Part shown: positions 1-9,833 of the stretch, one piece after another
Position numbering within the stretch: the first letter of the stretch is position 1
How the letters are laid out: each line of letters begins with the position of its first letter
From: Candidatus Latescibacterota bacterium
Lineage (GTDB): Bacteria; Latescibacterota; UBA2968
Reading direction: 5' to 3'
Length of the DNA stretch: 64,000 nucleotides
NCBI GenBank assembly: GCA_965222605.1
Contig: OZ244960.1
Span: 3,264,001 to 3,328,000, forward strand
Notes under the pieces: generated by a model
The model's input: only the letters and a program-made list of their open reading frames with translations
What the model was told of the DNA's origin: nothing
Database searches by the model: none
Made by a program: the position numbers and the translations under genes

Positions 1-6
1 ATCACG

Positions 7-204
7 TTGAGCAAGAAAGTGCGTCAATGTCGTGAGCGAGAAAACTTGACCCAAACACAACTGGCTAAGTGTCTCAAATCCAGTCAATCTCGCGTTGCCA
101 AAATCGAAGCGGGCGATCCCTCAGTTTCTGTAGATCTATTAATTCGATCCCTCTTCGCGCTTGGGGTCACCAAATCCGATCTCGCCAAAATGCTCGTATC
201 GTAA
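7..204 (+). CDS. XRE-family HTH protein (HigA-like antitoxin/regulator), probably 5'-truncated by the window edge
   Basis: LTQTQLAKCLKSSQSRVAKIEAGD is a typical XRE HTH motif. Confidence 0.8.
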   Translation: MSKKVRQCRERENLTQTQLAKCLKSSQSRVAKIEAGDPSVSVDLLIRSLFALGVTKSDLAKMLVS

Positions 205-365
205 TACCGTGCATTTAAGAAGTGTTGTGCAAATGACGGGATCAGGGGAAGTGGTCCCATACGGTAAAAAGTTCAGTGAATGGATCAGCGTGTAACTGTT
301 TTTTTTACTATTTGCCAAAAAATAACTATAATTCTCATTTGGTAACCATTTTTCAGGGATGCGCT

Positions 366-755
366 ATGGCTAAACACGATCAAAGATATACAAGCTGGCG
401 GGGTATGCGGCACTGATTGAGCAGTACGACCTTGACGTCGGCGGAGGCGCTTTTCCGATTCATTGATCAGACCATTGATACCGAACTCGCCGATGAGCTG
501 GCCTTCCTGGCTAACTACGATGCGACCAAAGAAGCGATCCAAAACATCGTAGATATGCCCGACCGACAGATTGACCTCTTTATTCGTTTTTGCCTCCAAA
601 ACAACGGTCGCCTGTCCGCAAGAAAACGTGCAAGCCACTTTGAGGATCTTGCGGATGAGGAAATCGATTCTATGGAACAGACTGTGCAATTCCCTGGGAA
701 AATTGATACCAGCGAGCATACAGGATTTGATCCTTTCAATGCAGATTTGGAGTAA
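366..755 (+). pseudogene. Fic-family protein remnant (N- and C-terminal pieces joined, catalytic core absent)
   Basis: KLAGYAALIEQYDL (392-433, one frame) resembles the N-terminus and VDMPDRQIDLFIRFCLQNNGRLSARKR (417-755 frame) the C-terminus of long Fic proteins. No HPFxDGNGR motif, and frames are broken. Confidence 0.6.
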
Positions 756-894
756 TCTGTCGATCACCAGAGCCGTCATCGCGCCCAAAAGGCTGGATGA
801 GGGTGGGGTTTCAATACGAGCTAATTTTATACTATTCAACTGAAGAATGACAGTTTCTGTTGTCCACTTTTCTCACTTTTCCTGGAGATTTCCT

Positions 895-1236
895 ATGATT
901 TACGACATGCGAACCTACGATTTGAATCCCGGTGCTTTGCAAGCCTATATGGATGCGGTGCGCGAGGTGGCGCTTCCACTGCGCGAGGACTATGGTATCA
1001 AGCTTGCCGGGTGGTATTATACCGATATTGGGAGATTAAATCGCGTGGTTCATATTTGGGCGTATCGCGATTATACCCATTTTGATCAGGCGCGACAGGC
1101 TGTCCGCAGCGATCCCCGATGGGTTAATGACTATCTACCTCGCGTCAAGGGGCTGGTCGCGCGCCAGCAAGATCAAATTATGCTCGCGTCCGATTTCTTC
1201 GAGTCCCGGGTTCCGGCTCTTTCGGAAGATCCGTAA
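895..1236 (+). CDS. NIPSNAP family protein
   Basis: MIYDMRTYDL...IGRLNRVVHIWAY...R.AVRSDPRW; GGAG RBS before ATG 895. Confidence 0.85.
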   Translation: MIYDMRTYDLNPGALQAYMDAVREVALPLREDYGIKLAGWYYTDIGRLNRVVHIWAYRDYTHFDQARQAVRSDPRWVNDYLPRVKGLVARQQDQIMLASDFFESRVPALSEDP

Positions 1237-1247
1237 TTCCATTTTAT

Positions 1248-2210
1248 TCAGTCGTCATCCTCGCTCGGAATGTTCAGGCGAAACAGCACGGGGTGGTGAT
1301 CCGAGTAGTGCTGTGGAAATAAGTTCTTATCGTATGGGGCGCCTGGATAGGCACTGTTGCCTTGCCAGGTGTCGCGCATTTGATCGATCAGGTTGATTAC
1401 CTGGAAATCAAACACCTCATCTATCTCGTCTAACGCCGCACGACTGGCTGGGCGATACATAACGTGGTCATAAGGTTTACTGCTCCCTGCCGCTGTGTTT
1501 GTCTTTCGACACTCGTCATTCAGAGATATAAATCCCGCTGGTATTACTGCTTCAAGTTCCGCGGCATTTTCGATATTCATATCTCCTACGATGTAGAAGT
1601 CCCGCTCTTGCGCGTCATTGAGATCGATCCACTGGGCTATGCTCAAAAGTTCGGCTTTGCGTTCTTTTTTCTTGTTCCCACCGGGGGATAAGTGGACGTT
1701 GATGACGACAAAGTCCATTTTGCCATCTATAGTGCGGAAGCCGTGGGCGTGTGGTACGCGGGGATATACGGGATGGGCAGAGCGGTCTTCTGATAGGTAT
1801 CCGTGGGGTAAATCATCTGCAATTTTCAGTTTGCCGGGTTTGTAAAAGACTACGGACCATTCGGTGCTCGATCCCCTGTTGTGGATGTTTTCGCCTCTTC
1901 CCGTGTCTTCACAAGATAGGGAAAATTTAAAGCCTTGCGCGATCATGGCGTCGAAGAATGCATCGGCTTCGGGGTCTTCGCGATAGGATGTACCATCGCA
2001 GTATTGACCGTTATCAGGTGGGGCAACGAGTTCCTGGACGATGACCATGTCGTATTTTTCGACCAATTTCGCAAGTGCGTTGTTGTTCTTTTTTTTGTAC
2101 AGACCGACGAATTTGATGTTGAAAGAACAGACTGTGATTTGTTTGTCAGAGACTTGTGGTTGGCAACCGAATAACAACAGTAGAATGAAAAATAAAAGGT
2201 GTTTTTTCAT
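1248..2210 (-). CDS. Endonuclease/exonuclease/phosphatase (DNase I-like) lipoprotein
   Basis: Lipobox LLFGC; SFNI, VQE, VHL, GDMN, YDH and YSDHHPV motifs of the EEP fold. Confidence 0.85.
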   Translation of the reverse strand: MKKHLLFFILLLLFGCQPQVSDKQITVCSFNIKFVGLYKKKNNNALAKLVEKYDMVIVQELVAPPDNGQYCDGTSYREDPEADAFFDAMIAQGFKFSLSCEDTGRGENIHNRGSSTEWSVVFYKPGKLKIADDLPHGYLSEDRSAHPVYPRVPHAHGFRTIDGKMDFVVINVHLSPGGNKKKERKAELLSIAQWIDLNDAQERDFYIVGDMNIENAAELEAVIPAGFISLNDECRKTNTAAGSSKPYDHVMYRPASRAALDEIDEVFDFQVINLIDQMRDTWQGNSAYPGAPYDKNLFPQHYSDHHPVLFRLNIPSEDDD

Positions 2211-2312
2211 GGCGTTCCTGTGATGGAAACAATTTTCATCGCGGTTTTTTTATAAATATAAATAGGGTGACAAATCCAATACGGAGAAAGCCGGTTTCGG
2301 GCTGCGATATCT

Positions 2313-2876
2313 TCAAATTTGTGTTGCGATGGTGTTCAATTTGTAACCCGGCAGGTCGAATACCACATAAGATGGCAGGTCCAATTGTTGCCAGAGGTCG
2401 AAGCCATTTGTCCGGGTTTTTTGAGCGACGAATAAAGAGATGACGGTGCCGTGGGTGGCGATGGCGATAGTTTTGTGAGGGTGCGTTTTTACTGCTTTTT
2501 TAACGGCTTGAGTAAATCGTATGCGGGCCTGATTTGCCGTTTCATTGCCAAAGATCAGGTCGCTGGGGCGTGCAAAGAAGGTTTTTACTGTGGTGTGCCA
2601 GGTTTCTTGGGGGATAAGGGGTACGCCTTTGCGGTCGTGTTCGTGAAAGTTGGGTGCTGACGAATAGGGGATTTGAAGGGCGTCGGCGACCAGTTGACCC
2701 GTTTCTCGTGCTTTGGGTTCTTCGCTTGTGATGAGAAGGTCCGGTTTGTAAGGGCGCAACGCATCGGCAAGAGGGGTGCAACTTGCGCGTCCGCTGTCCG
2801 ATAGTTGCCAGTCTGGGGCGGATTTTGTCTCGTCGATTTGAGACATGGCGTGTTTGATTAAGATGAGATGGTTCAT
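2313..2876 (-). CDS. Histidine phosphatase (phosphoglycerate mutase) family protein
   Basis: LILIKHA, SEEPKARETG and IATHG motifs; start set at MNHLIL. Confidence 0.8.
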   Translation of the reverse strand: MNHLILIKHAMSQIDETKSAPDWQLSDSGRASCTPLADALRPYKPDLLITSEEPKARETGQLVADALQIPYSSAPNFHEHDRKGVPLIPQETWHTTVKTFFARPSDLIFGNETANQARIRFTQAVKKAVKTHPHKTIAIATHGTVISLFVAQKTRTNGFDLWQQLDLPSYVVFDLPGYKLNTIATQI

Positions 2877-3226
2877 AAATGCTCCGGTTGATGTTAATAT
2901 AACTCTGGCGTTTTTGAATATAAATATACTCAAAAAATGACCCCTGCGTAATCCGCACGATAGGAAATATCCTCCCTGGGCAGAATATGGCGTTATTGCA
3001 TGGGAGAATAGGCGCCTTTGTATCGAGTTACGCCGCGTGCTGATAGATATCGATTTGCTGATGAAAAAAACGCACGAGAGCGGGATGCCACACGCGGATT
3101 GGTGGATTCAAAATCGGTATCCCGGGGCAGTGATCTGAGGAGTATGAACTTCTTCGAAAAAAAAGAATGGGTAGAGAATTGTAATGTCCTCTACCCGTTT
3201 TTATGTTCTTTAAATCAAATTGTGAC

Positions 3227-3433
3227 TTAAGCCACTGGAGGTTGCACTTCTGGCCCTTTCAATACCTGATTAAGTGTAGCCCGACCAGATTCGACAGCCA
3301 TGATGGCTCTCAGGACATGCAATTCAAACATCATGTCATCGTTGGGAAACTCAGATCTGACTTGATTGCATAGCTGATTTAGTTGCACATCTGTGAGGCC
3401 GATGCGTTGTGCGGCATTGAGATAATCGAACAT
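3227..3433 (-). CDS. Small helical hypothetical protein (68 aa)
   Basis: AGGAG RBS, ATG start, protein-like sequence EFPNDDMMFELHVLRA. Confidence 0.65.
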   Translation of the reverse strand: MFDYLNAAQRIGLTDVQLNQLCNQVRSEFPNDDMMFELHVLRAIMAVESGRATLNQVLKGPEVQPPVA

Positions 3434-3615
3434 CAGGTGTGCTCCTGAGTCTAAACAAGTCTTCTATCTAATATACAATATATAAAAAAAACCAAAACAA
3501 TGGGCTGCGTTCTGATGTTACGGGGAGGGGTCAAAAAAAACACTTGAAGTCCTCCTGAAATTTCTCGACCATGTGCGCGAGCAATCATCTGACAATTCTG
3601 GATAGGAGATTTATT

Positions 3616-4173
3616 ATGAGCGATGGACAGATCATTTTTCAAGATACATTTGATGGCGCGCTCGATAGCGGCTGGTCGTGGTTGCGGGAACAACCCGATG
3701 ATTGGCGGATTCGGGATGGTGGTCTGGAGATTTGCGTGCGTCCCGGTGTGAAAGATACGGTGCAAAATGCTTTGCTCAGATCCGCGCCAGATCGCGGTGA
3801 CGGTGCGTATGCTGTCGAGGTCACGATCACGAATCACAGCCAGCCGACGCAGCAATACGAACAGGCGGGTATTACGTGGTATCACAATGGGGAACCGGTG
3901 TTCAAAGAGGTCAAGGAACTCATTGACGGCGATCTGTACATTATTCCCGGGAAGCAGCCTATGCCCACACAGAGCGTTCGCCTGCGTCTTGTTGTTACCG
4001 CCGGCACATGGGAGGCGCAGTATTGCGCCGAGGGTGAGACCGCATTCCAGACCGCTACCGATGGTGAACTTCCGCCTCCGGGCGATGATCAGGTGAGTAT
4101 CCAGTGCTACAATGGCCCGGAAGAAGGCGACCATTGGATACGGTTTTCGGATTTTTGTATTAAGCGTGTATAA
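3616..4173 (+). CDS. Concanavalin A-like beta-sandwich protein (DUF1349 / beta-xylosidase C-terminal-like)
   Basis: FQDTFDGALDSGWSWLRE and PTQQYEQAGI motifs; AGGAG RBS. Confidence 0.7.
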   Translation: MSDGQIIFQDTFDGALDSGWSWLREQPDDWRIRDGGLEICVRPGVKDTVQNALLRSAPDRGDGAYAVEVTITNHSQPTQQYEQAGITWYHNGEPVFKEVKELIDGDLYIIPGKQPMPTQSVRLRLVVTAGTWEAQYCAEGETAFQTATDGELPPPGDDQVSIQCYNGPEEGDHWIRFSDFCIKRV

Positions 4174-4209
4174 AAAAAGCACCATCTCGTTTTGAGATGG
4201 TGCTTTTTG
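4172..4209. terminator. Bidirectional intrinsic terminator
   Basis: AAAAAGCACCATCTC-gtttt-GAGATGGTGCTTTTT between convergent genes. Confidence 0.85.
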
Positions 4210-4232
4210 CTTAATTCTGAATTTATTTCAGA

Positions 4233-4433
4233 TTATGGCTTGGTGACATTCGCTGCCTGGAGCCCTTTAGGGCCCTGGGTAATGTCAAATTCGACCAAGT
4301 CACCTTCGGACAAAGACTTAAAGCCTTCGGCTTGAATCGCAGAGAAATGGACGAAAACATCTTCGCCCCCTTCTTGCTCAATAAAGCCGAATCCCTTGGC
4401 GTCGTTAAACCATTTAACTCTTCCTTCTGCCAA
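4233..4433 (-). CDS. cspA: Cold-shock protein
   Basis: [15 protein letters not shown] / [12 protein letters not shown] motifs; TTG start with AGGTGG RBS. Confidence 0.95.
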   Translation of the reverse strand: MAEGRVKWFNDAKGFGFIEQEGGEDVFVHFSAIQAEGFKSLSEGDLVEFDITQGPKGLQAANVTKP

Positions 4434-4598
4434 CGTACTTCACCACCTTTCTACATCGAAAATTGCACCATCAGAACGAAAAAAAGGCAAGAATCAGCAG
4501 TTTCGATTCTTGCCATACCGTCTTTTCAGGCCGATTGTACAGGAAACAAAACAACACATTCTTAATACTTGGGCACAAATACCCATTATACATGGGCA

Positions 4599-4627
4599 AA
4601 GATACCCTTTATTATCTCAGAAGTCAA
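4599..4627 (-). promoter_or_regulatory. Sigma70-type promoter of cspA, giving a ~155-nt structured 5' UTR
   Basis: TTGACT-N17-TATCTT on the minus strand; hairpin GGCAAGAATC...GATTCTTGCC plus U-run at ~4480-4514. Confidence 0.65.
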
Positions 4628-4652
4628 CGCTTTTTCAAAAAAAAGTTCCATT

Positions 4653-7600
4653 TCAAACTGTAGCCCCAGCGAGCATCATCTGTCCTTTTTCCGTGTACTG
4701 CGCTTTATCCTCTGGTGCTACGGTGCGCCAGATCAGGAATTGTTTGCGTAGCGCGTTCATAAAATTCTTGTTGACCCGCCGCCATGACGAGGCATCGCCC
4801 GATAGCCGATCTATGGTCAATGTCATGGCAAAAATATTGTGCTCACCTGTGGGTATAGCTTCAAAATGCACCTGCTGGCTCACGCCCAAATCAAAAGGTG
4901 CCAACCAGATTGTTGTGTCAATTGTATGTCCCTGTCCGGTTGCGGTTTCAACTGAGCCGAGTCGCGCACCGTCTGTATAAAATGTGCCCAGGCTTTCACC
5001 TGCATGCGCTTGAAAATAATCGACGAGGAACACGGACAGGCCAAATACGTCTTTGCCGCCTACGGTAAATGGAAATTCAAAATGCCATTGGTCGCCTTGC
5101 GGATCGGGAAATTTCCAGCGGCGCGTCACGTCGGGCACGGCCATCATGGATGCCTGGCGCGCGGGATAGATTGACGAGAGCAAGACCACCAGCATGACCA
5201 GCATTGAGGATGTCACGGTCGAGAGTGCCGAATAGTTTACGGTAAGGCCTTGTAAGGCATCTTGCCACAGTAAAACTTTGACGACACTTTGTCCCAAAAG
5301 ATACCCGCCAACGGTTCCCAAAACAGCGTAAACACATGCCTCGGCAATAAACAAGAAGGCGATGTGCACGGGTGCTAATCCCACAGAAGAATAAATGCCG
5401 ATCTCTCGGAAGCGTTCGTACACCGATCCCATCATGGTATTGAGCACGATCAGCGCGGCGACCAGAATGGGGATAAACAAATTGGCCATGCCCTGCAAAG
5501 ATGTATTGCCCAGCGAACTGTAAACCGCGACGCGTATGCCGCCATCTGCTGTTGGAATGCCGGCAAATAATACCACCGATAACCGCGATAAAAACGACTT
5601 GATCTCGGCTTCTACATCTACTTCTTCGTGAAATCGCACGGCTACGGACTGCAATGGACTGCCCACATCGCGCAACAAGGCATAGGGTACGATCAAAATA
5701 TCATCGGGGTCCAGATGCTCAAATGGCATGGTCTCGACTTCGGGGCGCTCCAATCCTTGCCGCTCGCGGGTCTCGGTTTGCGACATGACGGTAATAAATT
5801 CGTCTTCGGTGACTTGAAAATCTGCCGGCGTCAGCGGTTCCTCATCCAGATCGACAAACAGACGCATTTTCTCCGAACTGATCAATCCAATCACCGTGAG
5901 TTGCTTGCCAAAAAGGCGAATGTACGCCTTGCCGACCTCTTGCTCTGTGATACCCAGGGTCTCCGCCATTTGATCGGGCAAAATACAGGCAGACTCGCCC
6001 GGTTGAAACCAGCGTCCAGCCCGCAACAGGGTATCGATCTGCGTCACTTGTGTCTCTTCGGGTGCCGCCCCCAGGATCCCCTGGACGCGAGAATTTCCCT
6101 TTTTATAATGCACCACGGCTTTTGATTTTTTGTCTTCTCTTGTGGCAACATACCAGCTTCGGGGGGTTACGGTTCCTCTGTCTTTAAAATTTATCCGCGC
6201 GTAATCATAAGCCGTATCTTCCAGTGGTCCCCAGAATTTGCTTCTGATCAGTACGCCGGGATACGCGCCTTCCGCATCGCGCTGAAGCTGGTGGAATTCC
6301 AATGCCGATTTAATAGATGTAAAGGATAGCACGGTAAATGTCAGCAATACCAGGGTTACAAATGTCAACCAGGTGCGCAATTTGCGCTTTTTCATATTGG
6401 CAATGCCCAGTTGAAACGCCGCTACTGATGCGCTGATCCGTCCCACGTCGGTTTCGTGTAGTAATACCTCGGCACTGCGGAGTCGCCGAATATTCTCGCT
6501 GAATCGGCTCGATAAAATCGAGATCACAAATATTGCCAGTGCCAGAATGACAAAAGCCAGCAAAATCACAAAGGGGTTGGAGAGATCAAATGCGGGGTGT
6601 ACCTGAGACAGAAAAATCCAGATGACCACAAAGACGATGCCGATCCCGCCGATTTGCAGGCGAATATCGGAGAAGGTAAAAATCAACCGCTCGAGGAAAA
6701 ATGCACAGGGAATGACGAGTAGCATGAAGAAAATCACGCCGCGGATCACATCGTTTTGCGTTGTTTTTACGTCTGGATATGCCCGCGATTCAATGCCCAT
6801 GCCCGCGCGCGTGTGTTTGACAAAAGCATCCCATTGTTTTTCCTGCATTGCGGTTTCTGCTTCGTCTAAATGTTGTTTGGCCTGTGCGTGCAATATTTCC
6901 AGTCGCTGATTTTCAATTGAGTACTGGCGCAATTTTCGCATGCGCGACTCGTTCAGCATCCACATGTCTCGCGCTGCCTGATAGGGCGTGCGAATTAGTG
7001 AGCCTGATGATAGGGTTTGAAATCCCTCCCCCCGGGCATCCCATTCGGTGTCTGCGCTTTTTGAGTTGAGCAACAAATAGCGCACGCCAATCGCGCCTGC
7101 GCGCATCGCTATTTTTACTTTTTCACCGGGCGATGTATAGACCACGCCGACGGGTTCGTCTGGACCAAATCCGATGTCATAACCGTATTCTTGCGGTGCG
7201 GTATTGCCTGCGCCATATACGCTGATATTGGATAATGTGTTCAAATACCGGGGATCGACTGTGCCGTAAAAATCGGTTGCCACACAGGGAAATAGAATGA
7301 CGGTTTGTTTTGTGATCCACCAGTTCATATTGAAATGGCCGCTGTAAATTTTACCCTGCCGTCCCTGATTGGGCGCGTATGTGATTTCGCCACTGTGCGG
7401 ATCGATGTAGTATGCCCGCACGTGTACGCGGCGCTCTGCCACGCCCGGGATATAGTATTCGCCGTTTTCATCTGCGAGATCGTAGTAAATGCGCCGCACG
7501 CCTTTGACCGATTTTTCCAGGCCCATCCGCATGGCCGCTATCGCATCTGGGCGCGATTTATCGGGGGTGATACTGCGCCGAGGAAATGTGCGTACAAATC

Positions 7601-9218
7601 CCTTGAGGCCGCGCATGCGATCGTCGGGGTCCAGTTTGTAGTCGGGCAAAAATTCCGCGTCATTGAACGACAAATCCAGCATGCCCGCAAGTACGCGAAT
7701 CTGTTTGGTCAAGTTGGTGTAGTTCACATACTCGGCCTGGTCCAGGGGGGTATCTACCCTGAATCGCGCGTCGTTTACGGTTGTCAATGACAGTGCTGGG
7801 GTGCCGGCATAAAGTACGACTTCGCTATCGCTTTTGACATTTTCGCCGGGGATGTACATATCCCAGGTCATGCCGCCTTTGGGGTTGATGCCATCGACCA
7901 TTACGTCTTTTGACGTCACGCCCATGCCTTTGGCAATGGCGGTTGCATAGCGTATAAAGGATTTGCTAAATGTGGCAAAAAATCGCGTGGAGAAATAATT
8001 GACCGCTGTATTGACCCCAAATCCCGCTGTTTGGGTCGATACGCCCATTTCATCTGTTTGGCTCGAGAGATCCAATCCGATGAACAGGTCGATGTCGATG
8101 GGTTCGGTCATGAGCGCGGCAAAGTGCTCTTCTTTGCGCGAGTGCCGGTTCAGAAAGTCGCAAATCCCTCGGAATCCCAGGTGGTGTGCCGAAGATGCGA
8201 GGAAGAGTACGGTGTATTTGGGGCGGTGCGCTTGAAAATACTCGGCCAGACGCATGAGTCCGACGATACCACACGCCATTTCAGCGCCGGGTGCCTGTGC
8301 GGGTACGACAGACATGGCGTCGTAGTAGGCGTTGATGACCACAACTTTTTTGCTCATTACTGGATCCGATCCTTCGATCCAGCCCAATACGTTGGATATG
8401 TCGTTTTTCTTCCAGGGCATCCGGGATTCGAGTTGGACTTCTATTTCGCCCTGGTCTGATAGGAGAGCGCGCAATTTTTTTCCGTGTTCGCGGTCGATCC
8501 AGAATCGCTCTACGCTGTTGGGCACTTGCAAAAATTTGGTTTCGGCCTGTGTATAAGATGTGGTGTCTGGCGCAATAAAAATGATTTGTTGCGCGCCCAG
8601 GACAGCGGCGTCGAGCCATCTGTTCCAGGTGTTAAAGTTCAGAAGGACGACGGTGTTTTCCACGTCTTTGCCGTCGTATGCCTTAAATTCGCCGTCGCCT
8701 CCGTCGATCAGACGCGTTCGCACACCGCCCGGTGGCAATGTGGAGGTTTTGACCAGGTTGGGCCATAGTCCGGAGAGCGGAAAGACTTCGCCGGATGAGA
8801 CGATTGTCAATTGGCTGCCTTCATCGACGGGTGAGGTCACGCCGTAGGTTTCTGTTTCTACGTTTTTTAAGCCGAGTGCGCGGAAGCGTTGTTCGATAAA
8901 TTGCGCGGCGGCATCGTGACCCGGGTAGCCCGGTACGCGGGATTTATATTGGGTAAAGGTCGCCATTAATGCGCGCACCTCTGCTTCTGTGATTTCGCGT
9001 TTGACGCGATCAGCGACGACTTCGGCACCCGGAACAGGTGCTGGTTCTACGGGTTCGGGGGTTTGCAATCCCAGTGTTTTTTGTAGCAATGGATTGACCG
9101 TATCAGGTCCCAAAATAACTGCGCCAAACCCAAATACGACAACCCCGAGCAATGCGAACCAACCGATGCGACGATACATGGGGGTCCTTTCAAAGATGCG
9201 ATATGTCGTGTAATCCAA
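4653..9218 (-). CDS. 1521-aa membrane protein: degenerate M28 peptidase-like ectodomain, multi-TM region, MacB-like periplasmic domain and FtsX-like permease
   Basis: N-terminal TM; SRVPGYPGHDAAAQFI and VVINAYYD..APGAE (M28-like); NMKKRKLRTWLT and SVYERFREIGIYSSVG (FtsX/MacB signatures). Confidence 0.85.
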   Translation of the reverse strand: MDYTTYRIFERTPMYRRIGWFALLGVVVFGFGAVILGPDTVNPLLQKTLGLQTPEPVEPAPVPGAEVVADRVKREITEAEVRALMATFTQYKSRVPGYPGHDAAAQFIEQRFRALGLKNVETETYGVTSPVDEGSQLTIVSSGEVFPLSGLWPNLVKTSTLPPGGVRTRLIDGGDGEFKAYDGKDVENTVVLLNFNTWNRWLDAAVLGAQQIIFIAPDTTSYTQAETKFLQVPNSVERFWIDREHGKKLRALLSDQGEIEVQLESRMPWKKNDISNVLGWIEGSDPVMSKKVVVINAYYDAMSVVPAQAPGAEMACGIVGLMRLAEYFQAHRPKYTVLFLASSAHHLGFRGICDFLNRHSRKEEHFAALMTEPIDIDLFIGLDLSSQTDEMGVSTQTAGFGVNTAVNYFSTRFFATFSKSFIRYATAIAKGMGVTSKDVMVDGINPKGGMTWDMYIPGENVKSDSEVVLYAGTPALSLTTVNDARFRVDTPLDQAEYVNYTNLTKQIRVLAGMLDLSFNDAEFLPDYKLDPDDRMRGLKGFVRTFPRRSITPDKSRPDAIAAMRMGLEKSVKGVRRIYYDLADENGEYYIPGVAERRVHVRAYYIDPHSGEITYAPNQGRQGKIYSGHFNMNWWITKQTVILFPCVATDFYGTVDPRYLNTLSNISVYGAGNTAPQEYGYDIGFGPDEPVGVVYTSPGEKVKIAMRAGAIGVRYLLLNSKSADTEWDARGEGFQTLSSGSLIRTPYQAARDMWMLNESRMRKLRQYSIENQRLEILHAQAKQHLDEAETAMQEKQWDAFVKHTRAGMGIESRAYPDVKTTQNDVIRGVIFFMLLVIPCAFFLERLIFTFSDIRLQIGGIGIVFVVIWIFLSQVHPAFDLSNPFVILLAFVILALAIFVISILSSRFSENIRRLRSAEVLLHETDVGRISASVAAFQLGIANMKKRKLRTWLTFVTLVLLTFTVLSFTSIKSALEFHQLQRDAEGAYPGVLIRSKFWGPLEDTAYDYARINFKDRGTVTPRSWYVATREDKKSKAVVHYKKGNSRVQGILGAAPEETQVTQIDTLLRAGRWFQPGESACILPDQMAETLGITEQEVGKAYIRLFGKQLTVIGLISSEKMRLFVDLDEEPLTPADFQVTEDEFITVMSQTETRERQGLERPEVETMPFEHLDPDDILIVPYALLRDVGSPLQSVAVRFHEEVDVEAEIKSFLSRLSVVLFAGIPTADGGIRVAVYSSLGNTSLQGMANLFIPILVAALIVLNTMMGSVYERFREIGIYSSVGLAPVHIAFLFIAEACVYAVLGTVGGYLLGQSVVKVLLWQDALQGLTVNYSALSTVTSSMLVMLVVLLSSIYPARQASMMAVPDVTRRWKFPDPQGDQWHFEFPFTVGGKDVFGLSVFLVDYFQAHAGESLGTFYTDGARLGSVETATGQGHTIDTTIWLAPFDLGVSQQVHFEAIPTGEHNIFAMTLTIDRLSGDASSWRRVNKNFMNALRKQFLIWRTVAPEDKAQYTEKGQMMLAGATV

Positions 9219-9285
9219 AACTCAAATACTATCATGCACAAAAAGACAGATTGTTCCAAATAAAATTAAGGCTACTAAACTTTAC

Positions 9286-9338
9286 AAAAAAGGCAGGCCA
9301 GGTCGCGCTTTAATGATCCGTGCGAACAAGTCTGCCTT
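9286..9338 (-). terminator. Probable terminator downstream of the TA pair
   Basis: AGGCAG...CTGCCT stem followed by TTTTTT on the minus strand. Confidence 0.5.
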
Positions 9339-9431
9339 CGACTATTTGCCAAAATCTGATTGCTAATTGGGACTATTTACAGGAGTCTGAGATTATTCCT
9401 CGAAACCCGGCTTCTGATTTTAGTATGCCAC

Positions 9432-9833
9432 CTATGGCACCATTGTGGATATAGCTGCAGTTTGTGGTTCTGTATCGATGTTGTCATCTGAAAAGCTGAT
9501 AACGTTAAAGGTTTCTGGATTAAATTCTGATTCTCGGCGAACTAACTCGCTGAATGAGACAAATTGAACAAGTAGTCCCACATCAAATGCAGCACAAAGT
9601 TTGTGCAATATTTGTACTGATGGTGGGCCACTATCAGGGTCTTCCAATTCGGCTATTTGGCTCTCGGGAATGCCACTGTACTTTGCAAGATCCTTTTGTG
9701 TCCACCCTCTCGCCCTCCGAAGAGCGCGGATTTGGAAAGGAACCTCAATATCAAACTGCCCCTCGACATAACCTTTCCGATATTCCTTATCTTGTAATTC
9801 TTCCCAAAGTTCAGAGCTTGAATTCAAGTTCAT
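9432..9833 (-). CDS. XRE HTH antitoxin (HigA-like)
   Basis: QIRALRRARGWTQKDLAK...IAELE; overlaps the upstream toxin. Confidence 0.8.
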   Translation of the reverse strand: MNLNSSSELWEELQDKEYRKGYVEGQFDIEVPFQIRALRRARGWTQKDLAKYSGIPESQIAELEDPDSGPPSVQILHKLCAAFDVGLLVQFVSFSELVRRESEFNPETFNVISFSDDNIDTEPQTAAISTMVP

